From Polyangiales bacterium (GTDB lineage Bacteria > Myxococcota_A > Polyangia > Polyangiales > Polyangiaceae): a stretch of DNA of 64,000 nt. Positions 28,044 to 36,784 of this stretch are shown one piece after another. Position numbers and translations under genes: made by a program. The stretch covers positions 1 through 64,000 of the forward strand of contig JBBRNJ010000038.1 of assembly GCA_038230375.1 (NCBI GenBank). The letters run 5' to 3'. A model generated the notes under the pieces. The model was not told where the DNA came from. It made no database searches and saw nothing but the letters and a program-made list of their open reading frames with translations. Every line of letters begins with the position of its first letter. Position 1 is the stretch's first letter.

Positions 28044-30031
28044 GGGCAAGCTTTGCGCTCTCCTTCATGCTGTGCGCGTTCGCCGGCGTCTTGCCCGCGC
28101 GTGAGGCATTCGCCGCGCACAAGCCGCCCGCAGCAGCGGACATCGCCGTGAAGGACGCGATGGGCAGCGGACAACATGCATTCTGCACGCATCCACCAAA
28201 GCTCCTCGACGACACGGATCAGGCGCTGTGCCCGCTCGCAAAGGAGACGGCCGGCTGTGAGGCCCTTGCGGCCGTGTGTGACAAGCAGGCGCCGCCGAAG
28301 GCCGAAGAGGCCAGGAGCGACCCGAGCACGCCGAAGATCCCGAAGGAGCTCGGCACGATCGCGATGGTGCTCACGGCATTGATCGTCCTGGCGGTGCTCG
28401 TGGGCCTGCTCTTGCCCGTGTTGCTCGCATACCTGCGCAGCCGCCGCGACGACTCGCTGCGCGACCTCACTCCTCCGCAGCCGCACGCACCGGACGCCGC
28501 GCCGCCTCCAGAGCGTGGTCCCGTCATCACGGATGCCGAGCGGCTGCTCGCGCTCGCGAACGACCTTGCTGCGCGCGGCCAATCGAAGGAGGCGCTGGGC
28601 ACCTACCTGACCGCCTCCTTACGCGCCCTGGACCACCGCGGTGTGATCCGGTTCGCGCGACACCGTACGAATGGCGAGTACGTCCGCTCGTGCGCGGATG
28701 CCAAGGCGCGCACGGAGCTCTCCTCCGTGGTGCGCGAGGTGGAAGAGGTCGAGTTCGGCGGGCACGAGCCCTCGGCGGAGTCCATCTCCCACGTGCAGCG
28801 AAGCGCGACGGCCCTGGTGCGCGCGGCAATGCTGGCAGCGTCCGTCGTGATGCTCGCGCTCTTCTCTGCCGGATGCGACGCCGGCTCTCATCCGCGCACC
28901 GAGAACGATCCCGCGGGCAAGCAGCTGCTCCTGGACGTGCTGGAGCGGCAAGGCCTGCAGGCAAGCTACCTGTCGGGATCCATCGGGTCCCTGCCCATTC
29001 CGCAGGAGGACGACCTCACGCCGCTCGTGGTGCTCGACCTGTCCGTCACCAAGCTGGACGAGGACGCGCGCTCGCACCTGCTCCGGTGGGTCGGCGCGGG
29101 CGGCCTGCTCCTGGCGCTGGAGCCGCGCGCCGACATGGAGGACACGCTTGCCGTCACGTCCGCTTCGTCGAAGGAGCGCGACGTCACCGTGTTGCTGGAC
29201 GATCCCTACCAGCACGAGGTGTTCACGTACCCGGCGCGCCTGAACGTTGGACGAACCCTGCACCTGCGTGACCGCGGCGCGAAGAAGGACGACAACGAGC
29301 AGCTGACGCGCGAGGTCGTCGCGACGATGGGCCTGACCGAGGACGCAGAGGACGACGACGCCTACGCGATCGAAGAGTCCCTGGGTCGCGGCGCGATCGT
29401 CACGGTCGCCACGGCGGACCTCTTCACGAACGTCGGGCTCTCGCACGGAGAGAACGCGAAGGCCGTGATGGCGCTGGTGGAGCGCGCGTTCGCCGCCACG
29501 CGTGATGGCAACCTGCGCAGCTACCACGAGCACCCCATCGTCATCGCGCGGCCGCAGTCGGGTCTCACTCCGCCGGGCAACCCGCTGTCCGCGCTCTCCC
29601 AGGCCGGGCTGGGCATGGGAATGTGGCATGCGCTCGCCGCTGCGCTGGTCCTCTTTCTTGCGGTGGGCGTGAGACAGGCGCGCCCCAGGCCCGCGCCGCC
29701 GCCTGCGCGCCGCGCCTTCGCCGAGCACGTGGAGGCCACCGGCGCTCTCTACGCAAAGGCCCGCGCGGCCAGCCACGCCCGTACGATACTTGCAAAATAC
29801 ACGGATGATCGCGTCCGGCAGAAGACCACGCAGAAGCTCTTTGCAGGCACCCCGGACGAGGACCCCTTCCTGCTCCTCACTGGCAAGTCTGCCGCGGAGT
29901 ACAAGGATCTCGTTTCCACCGACACCGCCGACGAGATGACGGAGCTGCGCAGGATGCGTGAGCTCCGTCGCGTGCTCGCAAAGCTCTCACCTGTCCCTCA
30001 CAGCCACCCCGAAAAAAAGGACCCTTCGTGA
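28040..30031 (+). CDS. DUF4129-DUF4350-like fusion membrane protein
   Basis: A..LAARG..EAL..L..L....RTNGEY (DUF4129-like), then LFTN.GL..GENA and FAEHVEATGALYAKAR (DUF4350-like). Confidence 0.75.
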   Translation: MRASFALSFMLCAFAGVLPAREAFAAHKPPAAADIAVKDAMGSGQHAFCTHPPKLLDDTDQALCPLAKETAGCEALAAVCDKQAPPKAEEARSDPSTPKIPKELGTIAMVLTALIVLAVLVGLLLPVLLAYLRSRRDDSLRDLTPPQPHAPDAAPPPERGPVITDAERLLALANDLAARGQSKEALGTYLTASLRALDHRGVIRFARHRTNGEYVRSCADAKARTELSSVVREVEEVEFGGHEPSAESISHVQRSATALVRAAMLAASVVMLALFSAGCDAGSHPRTENDPAGKQLLLDVLERQGLQASYLSGSIGSLPIPQEDDLTPLVVLDLSVTKLDEDARSHLLRWVGAGGLLLALEPRADMEDTLAVTSASSKERDVTVLLDDPYQHEVFTYPARLNVGRTLHLRDRGAKKDDNEQLTREVVATMGLTEDAEDDDAYAIEESLGRGAIVTVATADLFTNVGLSHGENAKAVMALVERAFAATRDGNLRSYHEHPIVIARPQSGLTPPGNPLSALSQAGLGMGMWHALAAALVLFLAVGVRQARPRPAPPPARRAFAEHVEATGALYAKARAASHARTILAKYTDDRVRQKTTQKLFAGTPDEDPFLLLTGKSAAEYKDLVSTDTADEMTELRRMRELRRVLAKLSPVPHSHPEKKDPS

Positions 30032-30987
30032 CGCCTCAAGCCTTCTCGGAAACCTTCACGCGCGTGACCACGGAGATGCACAAGGCCATCATCGGCCAGG
30101 ACGAGCTCGTCTTCGGGCTGCTCGTCGCGACCGTCGCGCGCGGACACGTGCTTGTCGAGGGCGCGCCCGGCCTGGGGAAGACGCTCGTGGCGCGTGCGTT
30201 GGCCGTGGTCTCCGGGCTGGCGTTCAAGCGGATCCAGTTCACGCCGGACCTCATGCCCAGCGACATCACCGGCTCATCGATCTACGACCGCCAGAGCGGC
30301 GCGTTTGCGTTCGTCCCCGGCCCCATCTTCACGCAGCTCCTGCTCGCGGACGAGATCAACCGCGCACCGGCGAAGACGCAGTCCGCGCTGCTGGAGGCCA
30401 TGCAGGATCGCACGGTCACCGTGGACGGCAACACGCGCCCGCTGCCACCGGTGTTCACTGTGGTCGCCACCCAGAACCCGATCGAGAGCCAGGGCACGTA
30501 TCCGCTGCCCGAGGCGCAGCTGGATCGCTTCCTCATGAAGCTCAAGGTGGACGACCCGCCGGCCGATGAAGAGGCGAAGATCGTGCGGCGCCACGCGGAC
30601 GGCTTCGATCCGGGCGATCTCCGCACGCTCGCCGCCGTCACGAGCGAGCCGGAGCTGGTGGCCATGCACGCGCTCGCGCAGAAGGTCCGCATCGACGACG
30701 CGATCGTCGGCTACATCGTGGACCTGGTCCGCCGCACGCGGCACGATCGCTCGCTGGAGCTGGGCGCGTCGCCCCGCGCTTCCATCGCCATGCTCCGCTG
30801 CGGGCAGGTCGTGGCCGCGGCCGCGGGGCGCGACTTTGTCACCCCGGACGACGTGAAGTGGATGGCGAAGCCCATCCTGCGACATCGCGTGATGCTCCAC
30901 CCCGACGCGGAGCTACAAGGCATCAGCGCGGACGAGCGCGTGGACGACATCCTCAAGGCGGCGCCCGTGCCGCGAATCGCCGCATAA
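30028..30987 (+). CDS. MoxR-family AAA+ ATPase
   Basis: EGAPGLGKT, RIQFTPDLMPSDITG, LADEINRAPAKTQSALLEAM, GTYPLPEAQLDRF. Confidence 0.96.
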   Translation: MTPQAFSETFTRVTTEMHKAIIGQDELVFGLLVATVARGHVLVEGAPGLGKTLVARALAVVSGLAFKRIQFTPDLMPSDITGSSIYDRQSGAFAFVPGPIFTQLLLADEINRAPAKTQSALLEAMQDRTVTVDGNTRPLPPVFTVVATQNPIESQGTYPLPEAQLDRFLMKLKVDDPPADEEAKIVRRHADGFDPGDLRTLAAVTSEPELVAMHALAQKVRIDDAIVGYIVDLVRRTRHDRSLELGASPRASIAMLRCGQVVAAAAGRDFVTPDDVKWMAKPILRHRVMLHPDAELQGISADERVDDILKAAPVPRIAA

Positions 30988-30988
30988 C

Positions 30989-32299
30989 GTGAGGTTCGTT
31001 CCCACGAAGCGGCTTGCAGGGCTCGGTTTCGTCGCGGCAGCGCTCGCGACGGTGGCCGGATACCTGCCGCAGGCGGCCACCTCGGTGTGGTTGCTGGACG
31101 GCGCGCTCGTGCTTCTTGCGCTCGTGGATCTCTTGCTCGTGCGGAAGGCGCGCCTGTCGGTGTCGCGCAACGCGCCGCAGATCTTCTCCGTGGGGCGCGC
31201 GAACGGCGTGTCGCTGGAGATCCGGAACGACAGCAACCGACGCATCCGCGGGACCATCACGGACGACCCCGTCGAGAGCGCGGAGCTTCTGGGCATGCCC
31301 GCCCCGCTTTCGCTCGGCGCCCGCGAGCACAAGACGCTGCGCTACGACGTGATGCCCACGCGCCGCGGAGCGCGTACGTTCGGCGACGTCACTGTTCGCT
31401 ACGACTCACCGCTGGGCTTGATTTCCAGGCAAGAACGCCTGTCCGCGCCTGGCTCGTTCGACGTGTACCCGGACGTACATGCAGCGCGCGCACTGGACCT
31501 GCTCCGTCGTCAGGGACGGAAGGACGCAACGCTCGGCAGCCTGCGGGTGCGCGGCGGCGACACGGAGTTCGAGCGCCTCCGCCCCTACCAGCGCGGCGAC
31601 GAGGTCCGCCATGTTGACTGGCGCGCCACCGCACGCCGCGACGACATGACCGTGCGGCAGTTCCAGGCGGAGAGCGATCAGAACGTCGTGTTCGCCATCG
31701 ACACGGGCCGCGGCATGCGCGGGGAGTCCGCCGGCATCACGCACATCGATCGGGCGCTCAACGCGGCGCTCCTGGCCGCGGACGTGGCGCTGCGCGGCGG
31801 CGACAAGGCTGGCATGCTCGCGTTCGACGATATCCCGCGGACCTTCTTGCGCCCCACCAATGGCGCCTCCGCAGGCCGGAAGATCGCGCGCGCATCCCAC
31901 GCGCTGGAGGCGGGCCTCTCCGCAACGGACTACCGCGCGGCCATGACCTTCCTGAAGACGGAGCTGCGCACGCGCTCACTGCTCGTCGTCTTCACGAACC
32001 TGCTGGAGCCGCGCGCCGCGAAGGAGCTCGCGTCGGCCATGAAGATGCTGATGCCGCGGCACTTGCCGCTGTGCATCTTGATGCAGGATCCGGAGCTCAC
32101 CGCGCTGGCCTCCGGCGACGTGGAGACCCAGGGCGACCTCTACGTCCGCGCGGCCGCCGCGGAGAACCTCTCGTTCCGCGACGGCATCCTGAGGCAGCTC
32201 CGCGCGAGCGGCGTGCTCTGCCTGGACGCGCGACCGGAGGAGATGACCCCCGCGCTGGTGAACCGCTACCTGGAGGTCAAGGCGCGGCGGCTGCTCTGA
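30989..32299 (+). CDS. DUF58 domain protein
   Basis: TEFERLRPYQRGDEVRHVDWRATAR; follows moxR. Confidence 0.93.
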   Translation: MRFVPTKRLAGLGFVAAALATVAGYLPQAATSVWLLDGALVLLALVDLLLVRKARLSVSRNAPQIFSVGRANGVSLEIRNDSNRRIRGTITDDPVESAELLGMPAPLSLGAREHKTLRYDVMPTRRGARTFGDVTVRYDSPLGLISRQERLSAPGSFDVYPDVHAARALDLLRRQGRKDATLGSLRVRGGDTEFERLRPYQRGDEVRHVDWRATARRDDMTVRQFQAESDQNVVFAIDTGRGMRGESAGITHIDRALNAALLAADVALRGGDKAGMLAFDDIPRTFLRPTNGASAGRKIARASHALEAGLSATDYRAAMTFLKTELRTRSLLVVFTNLLEPRAAKELASAMKMLMPRHLPLCILMQDPELTALASGDVETQGDLYVRAAAAENLSFRDGILRQLRASGVLCLDARPEEMTPALVNRYLEVKARRLL

Positions 32300-32367
32300 G
32301 ATAGGGCGCGGGCGCCCCGTGGAGGCATGGCGTGACGAACGGGAAAAATGCGCTATAGACAGCGCCG

Positions 32368-34002
32368 ATGATGCTCCGCCGCACGGGTTTCTCCCTCGTC
32401 CTCGCCCTTGCAACTTCGTTTGCCTGGGCAAGCCAGGGATGCGGCTCGGACAGCAACGGCGCGGGCGGCACGGGCGACGGCGCAGACGCTGGCAACAACC
32501 AGGGCAACGGCGGAAGCGACGGAGGCTCTGGGACTGGCACCGACGGAGGCCCAGGCACCGACGGCGGGGCAGGCACCGACGGCGGCGTGGTCGCGTCCGG
32601 CCCTCCCCCCTCCAGTTTGCCTGTATCTTACACGCGTCCCGACGTGGGCACGCCCCTGACGCCAGCGGAGCTCGCTGCCGCGACCGATCAGCTCGTCGCG
32701 CTCATCAAGGACACGCACTACTTCGACACGGTGGAGTCGCGCGTGCATGGACTGCCCGAGAGCGATCCCGCGCACGGCTATTTCTTCGGCACATGGTGGA
32801 GCGGCGTCTCCGTGGAGAAGAAGGCCGGCGCGGTGACCTACCACCACGCGGCAGACGGCGCGGACAACAACCCGATGCGCTCGGCCCCCTATCTCGAGGG
32901 CTCCTGCTATGCGCACCTCATGTGGGGCACTGCACAGACCGCGCATCTGGTTCGAACCCTCACGCGCGGCTACACGTCCGCATCGCTCGGCATGCAGCGC
33001 AAGGCCAACGACGAGGCGATCCTTGCGCGCTCGGTCTTCCCGCCCAGCATCCTGTCCACGGACAACGGCCGCTCGGTCATGCTCGACTACTCGCTCGACC
33101 GTCCCGGCACGGACGGCAACTCGCTCTTCGTACACCTTCCGGCGAACCCGACGTTCGGCGACATCTACGTTCAGAACAACCGCTCCAAGGACGACCAGGG
33201 GCAGGTGTTCCGCTCGATCATCCAGGCGGGCGCCTGCACGCCGCGTGTGGCCCCCGCGTCGCAGGCGGAGTTCGCGCAGATGAAGACGCTCTACGCTGCA
33301 TACTCGAAGCAGGTGGAGACGGACAACTGGGCCATCGCCACGATCGACCAAGGCCTCAACGTGACCATCGCGCCCGCGACCGACACGAAGTCGCACTACA
33401 CGCTCATCGGAAACGTGGAGTGCCCCGGCGCGCTCATGATGCGCCTCGCCGCGGACGGCAACCCCGGCACGCTCGACTGCGGCAACGGGATCAGCAGCAC
33501 GGAGTCACTCACGCGCTCGAGCCTGAAGGGCGACGCGCTCCAGATCCTGCGCACGCACCACGAGGCGGCCGTGAACTGGGCGCTCGCTACGGGTCAGAAG
33601 ACCGTCGCGCTGTCCCTGCTTTCTGGCTTTGCATCGCGCGTCGAGACCGACCTCGTGGACGCACAGAAGCCCAGCCCGCCAGCGAACGTGAACCCGGACG
33701 ACATCGTGACGGAGGTCCTGCACGCCGCGAACACCGGCGTTCCGCTCACCTCGCAGGAGGTGCGGTTCGTGCTCGCGCACCTTGCGACCGCGTATGCCAG
33801 CTACCGGACCCCCGCAATGGCGCCCACCTATGCCGTGTTCGACGCGGCCACGCCGGACGGGATGTACTCGTACGATGTCGGCGCGGCGGGGATGTTCTAT
33901 TCGGACATCGGGCTCATCATTGGCTCATGCGCGTCGCCGTACCGGAACCCCACGGGTCGTCCCATCGTTGATTGCGCGCGCCTCCTTTCCGCGCTCCCGT
34001 GA
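32368..34002 (+). CDS. hypothetical lipoprotein
   Basis: QGC lipobox, Gly/Asp-rich linker, long globular region with strong codon bias. Confidence 0.8.
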   Translation: MMLRRTGFSLVLALATSFAWASQGCGSDSNGAGGTGDGADAGNNQGNGGSDGGSGTGTDGGPGTDGGAGTDGGVVASGPPPSSLPVSYTRPDVGTPLTPAELAAATDQLVALIKDTHYFDTVESRVHGLPESDPAHGYFFGTWWSGVSVEKKAGAVTYHHAADGADNNPMRSAPYLEGSCYAHLMWGTAQTAHLVRTLTRGYTSASLGMQRKANDEAILARSVFPPSILSTDNGRSVMLDYSLDRPGTDGNSLFVHLPANPTFGDIYVQNNRSKDDQGQVFRSIIQAGACTPRVAPASQAEFAQMKTLYAAYSKQVETDNWAIATIDQGLNVTIAPATDTKSHYTLIGNVECPGALMMRLAADGNPGTLDCGNGISSTESLTRSSLKGDALQILRTHHEAAVNWALATGQKTVALSLLSGFASRVETDLVDAQKPSPPANVNPDDIVTEVLHAANTGVPLTSQEVRFVLAHLATAYASYRTPAMAPTYAVFDAATPDGMYSYDVGAAGMFYSDIGLIIGSCASPYRNPTGRPIVDCARLLSALP

Positions 34003-34024
34003 TGGACAGATTGCGTAAGCGCGA

Positions 34025-34576
34025 CTACGGCAGCTTGAGCGCGTCCTGGCAGCTCTGCGCGTCTATCGTGCCGGTGAGCCACGAGAGCATGCACCGGTCC
34101 TGTGCGTCGCCGCGGACAATGACCGCGCCGCCCTTGTGCTCCTGTGAGTTGCGCGCCTTCTGCACCATGGTCAGGCGCTCGGGGTTCTTGCCGCCGTCCT
34201 GGACGACCGCGGCCAGGGTCTCGGGCTCCAGCCCACACACGCTGCCGTAGTCAGCCTCGTACTCGTTTGCCGTCGCGAAGAGCGGACCCGCCTTCGTGGG
34301 CTCGTCGCCACCGGCGAGGCGCAGGCCGGACGCGCCGTAGATCTTCAGGTTGCGCCCCGGCTGACCATGGCAATCCAGCGAGCCGCACCGAGCGATCATC
34401 ATGTTTGCGAGCGGCTTGAACGTGGCGGGGTCGGGGAACTTGCCCACGGTCCGCCCGTTCGCGTCGGGCGCAGAGCAACCGCTGTTGCCAAGAGTGGCAC
34501 ATGCGAACAGAGCAACGATCAGCATGGGGAGGCCCCACCGCACGATTGATCTGATAGTTGCATAATACATGTTCAT
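34025..34576 (-). CDS. putative cytochrome c lipoprotein (CX4CH)
   Basis: SGC lipobox-like site; CGSLDCH; distal HKGG. Confidence 0.65.
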   Translation of the reverse strand: MNMYYATIRSIVRWGLPMLIVALFACATLGNSGCSAPDANGRTVGKFPDPATFKPLANMMIARCGSLDCHGQPGRNLKIYGASGLRLAGGDEPTKAGPLFATANEYEADYGSVCGLEPETLAAVVQDGGKNPERLTMVQKARNSQEHKGGAVIVRGDAQDRCMLSWLTGTIDAQSCQDALKLP

Positions 34577-34577
34577 A

Positions 34578-35132
34578 TCACAGACTCGGGGGCAGCGTGT
34601 TCGGGTCGTCTGCGAAGTAGATGTGGCCGGGCGACTCGGTCCCGGTGGGATCGTGATGGCAGCTTGCGCACGAACCGTCGCGCCCCACGTGGGAGTACAT
34701 GACCTTTCCGGCGCCCATGGGTGCGCTCGGGTGGCTGATCTTGACGTGAACGGGATACGCGGGCGTGAACTCGTCGGAGTGGAGGAAGAAGTTGCCCGCG
34801 GCGTTGGTGGTGGCGTCGATGCCCTTGCTGTTCTGGTCCGGGTAGGCCACGGAGTCCTTCAAGTTGACGACCACGCCGCTCAGCGGGTCCGTCTTGCCGA
34901 TCAGCGCGAACACGGTGCCCGCCAGGCTGAATGCTGACTTCGCGGGGCCGCGGCCGCCATGACACGCCAGGCACGGCTGTCCCGGACGATGCAATGGGCC
35001 CATGGGCACCTTGGGGTTCTCCGGGCCGAGCGCGGACACGAGATCGTCATGCACGGGATCGCCGCATGCGTTGCCCAGCATCATGAAGGCGCAGAGCGCA
35101 GCCAGCACCACGATGGAGAGGTTCGCTCTCAA
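34578..35132 (-). CDS. diheme cytochrome c lipoprotein
   Basis: NAC lipobox; CLACH and CASCH. Confidence 0.8.
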   Translation of the reverse strand: MRANLSIVVLAALCAFMMLGNACGDPVHDDLVSALGPENPKVPMGPLHRPGQPCLACHGGRGPAKSAFSLAGTVFALIGKTDPLSGVVVNLKDSVAYPDQNSKGIDATTNAAGNFFLHSDEFTPAYPVHVKISHPSAPMGAGKVMYSHVGRDGSCASCHHDPTGTESPGHIYFADDPNTLPPSL

Positions 35133-36508
35133 AAGTTCACCTCCAGCGTGAAGGCGCCCAGCGCGGCGAGACGGCTCTGGATGTAGATGTCGTCCGGATA
35201 CGAGGTGTAGGTCACGTACGTGTCGAGGCCGAGCCCGACCTTGTGAGGATCCCCGCTCCCGCCGACGTAGACGCGGAGGTACGTTCCACCGCTCACGCTG
35301 GTGAGCGGGCCGAGCTCGCGGTCACCGGTGCGAAGCGTGGGGAGATCCTCCACGCCCTTGGAGACGTACGCGCGCTGCCAGAAATTCACGGGTGTCTGCG
35401 CGTGAAGGCGCACGTGCGGGCCGAGCGTGATGCGCTGCCCCAGGTCGGCGAGGAAGCGGATGTCCGTGGTGGTTGCCTTGATGCCCCAGCTGTCCGTGTA
35501 GAGACGCTCGTCGATGCGTAGCGTGGCGCTCTCGAACCTGTTCGCGAAGCCCATCGAGAACGCGTAGCGATTGCGGGAGCCCGGCACGTGCTCGGACGCG
35601 CGCTCCGGCAAGCGGATCTCGTTCACGTGCTGCACGGACAGGCCCGGCTTCACGTCGACCCCTGGCCCGAACATCGGCACGAAGCGGTACGGCTTGGACG
35701 TGTCGCCGGTCTGCAGGATGGTGTCGTAGATGAACGTGAGGAGCGCGCGGCGGTTCAGGACGTAGCTGAGGCCCAGCTTGAACGTGTTCGTGTCCACGGG
35801 CCGGGAGAAGACCTCGAACGGCGTGCTGTTCTTGCCGGCGATGTCGTGGCCATAGGTGTAGCCAAGGAGGATCGAGGCGTTCTTCTCGAAGATGTCGTAG
35901 GTGCTCGCGCCGCCGATTGTGTAGGCCAGGTAGTCGGGCTCACGCGACACGGAGGCGTACACGTTGGCGCCCAGATCGCCCGGCTTGTACTCGCCTGCAA
36001 GGCCGCCGGCGTGGCGCACCTCCTCGTAGCGCGGTGAGGCCGTGGACACGATGTCTGCAGAGGCAGCGGACACCACATCCACGAGGTAGCTGCCGCTGAC
36101 GCTCCAGCCGCCTGTCGGGTTGTAGACGGCGCCGTAGATGCTTGGCGTGAAGACGGTGACGCGCTCCGTGTCCGTGTATGCGCCCATCTCGGTGCCGACG
36201 CGGGCGCTGACGTTGCTCTCCTTCGGCTTCTCGTCGTCCTTCTTCTTCTCCTTCGCCGGGTCGTCGGGCTTCTTCTCCGCTTCGACGGGAGGAGGAGGAG
36301 GTTCGGCAGCAGGAGGAGGGGGTTCGGCAGCAGGAGGCTCTGGCGGTGCGACGCTCGCGCTCGGCGTGGCCTTGGGCTTCTTCTTCTTGGGTGGCGCTCC
36401 CGTGGTCTGCGCGTCCGCGCTCTGCGCGTGCGCCAGCAGGAAGCCGCTCATGGTCGCGCAGCCGAGCACGAGCCACCCGAGACGCGAAGCAACCCGGCCG
36501 ACGCTCAT
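35129..36508 (-). CDS. DUF3570-family outer-membrane beta-barrel
   Basis: Signal peptide, VDVVSAAS, SREPDY, RLYTDSWGIKA, DRELGPL, terminal Phe. Confidence 0.85.
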   Translation of the reverse strand: MSVGRVASRLGWLVLGCATMSGFLLAHAQSADAQTTGAPPKKKKPKATPSASVAPPEPPAAEPPPPAAEPPPPPVEAEKKPDDPAKEKKKDDEKPKESNVSARVGTEMGAYTDTERVTVFTPSIYGAVYNPTGGWSVSGSYLVDVVSAASADIVSTASPRYEEVRHAGGLAGEYKPGDLGANVYASVSREPDYLAYTIGGASTYDIFEKNASILLGYTYGHDIAGKNSTPFEVFSRPVDTNTFKLGLSYVLNRRALLTFIYDTILQTGDTSKPYRFVPMFGPGVDVKPGLSVQHVNEIRLPERASEHVPGSRNRYAFSMGFANRFESATLRIDERLYTDSWGIKATTTDIRFLADLGQRITLGPHVRLHAQTPVNFWQRAYVSKGVEDLPTLRTGDRELGPLTSVSGGTYLRVYVGGSGDPHKVGLGLDTYVTYTSYPDDIYIQSRLAALGAFTLEVNF

Positions 36509-36732
36509 CAGTTACAGCCGCAACCGCTCTCAGCCGAGGCGCCGCCACCGACGGCGCCTTCGTGAACCGCGCGTACGTGCGCCTCGCTCGGTCCTGCGAG
36601 ATCGCCAGAGGTCATCGTCGGGTGCGCGAGGATCCCGCGCTCGTACGACGCGACATGCACGCAACCCGAGGCGAGCAGCGAGAGCGCGACGAGGAAAGCG
36701 GCGGGCACGAGGCCCGGTTCCAAAGCCTTCAT
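36508..36732 (-). CDS. DUF4266-family small lipoprotein
   Basis: GCVHVASYERGILAHPTM...EGAVGG...GCGCN. Confidence 0.88.
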   Translation of the reverse strand: MKALEPGLVPAAFLVALSLLASGCVHVASYERGILAHPTMTSGDLAGPSEAHVRAVHEGAVGGGASAESGCGCN

Positions 36733-36784
36733 GGGCCGTACAGTACCTCGCTCGTCCCCGGATCAGGCAACATCCATCCGCGGG

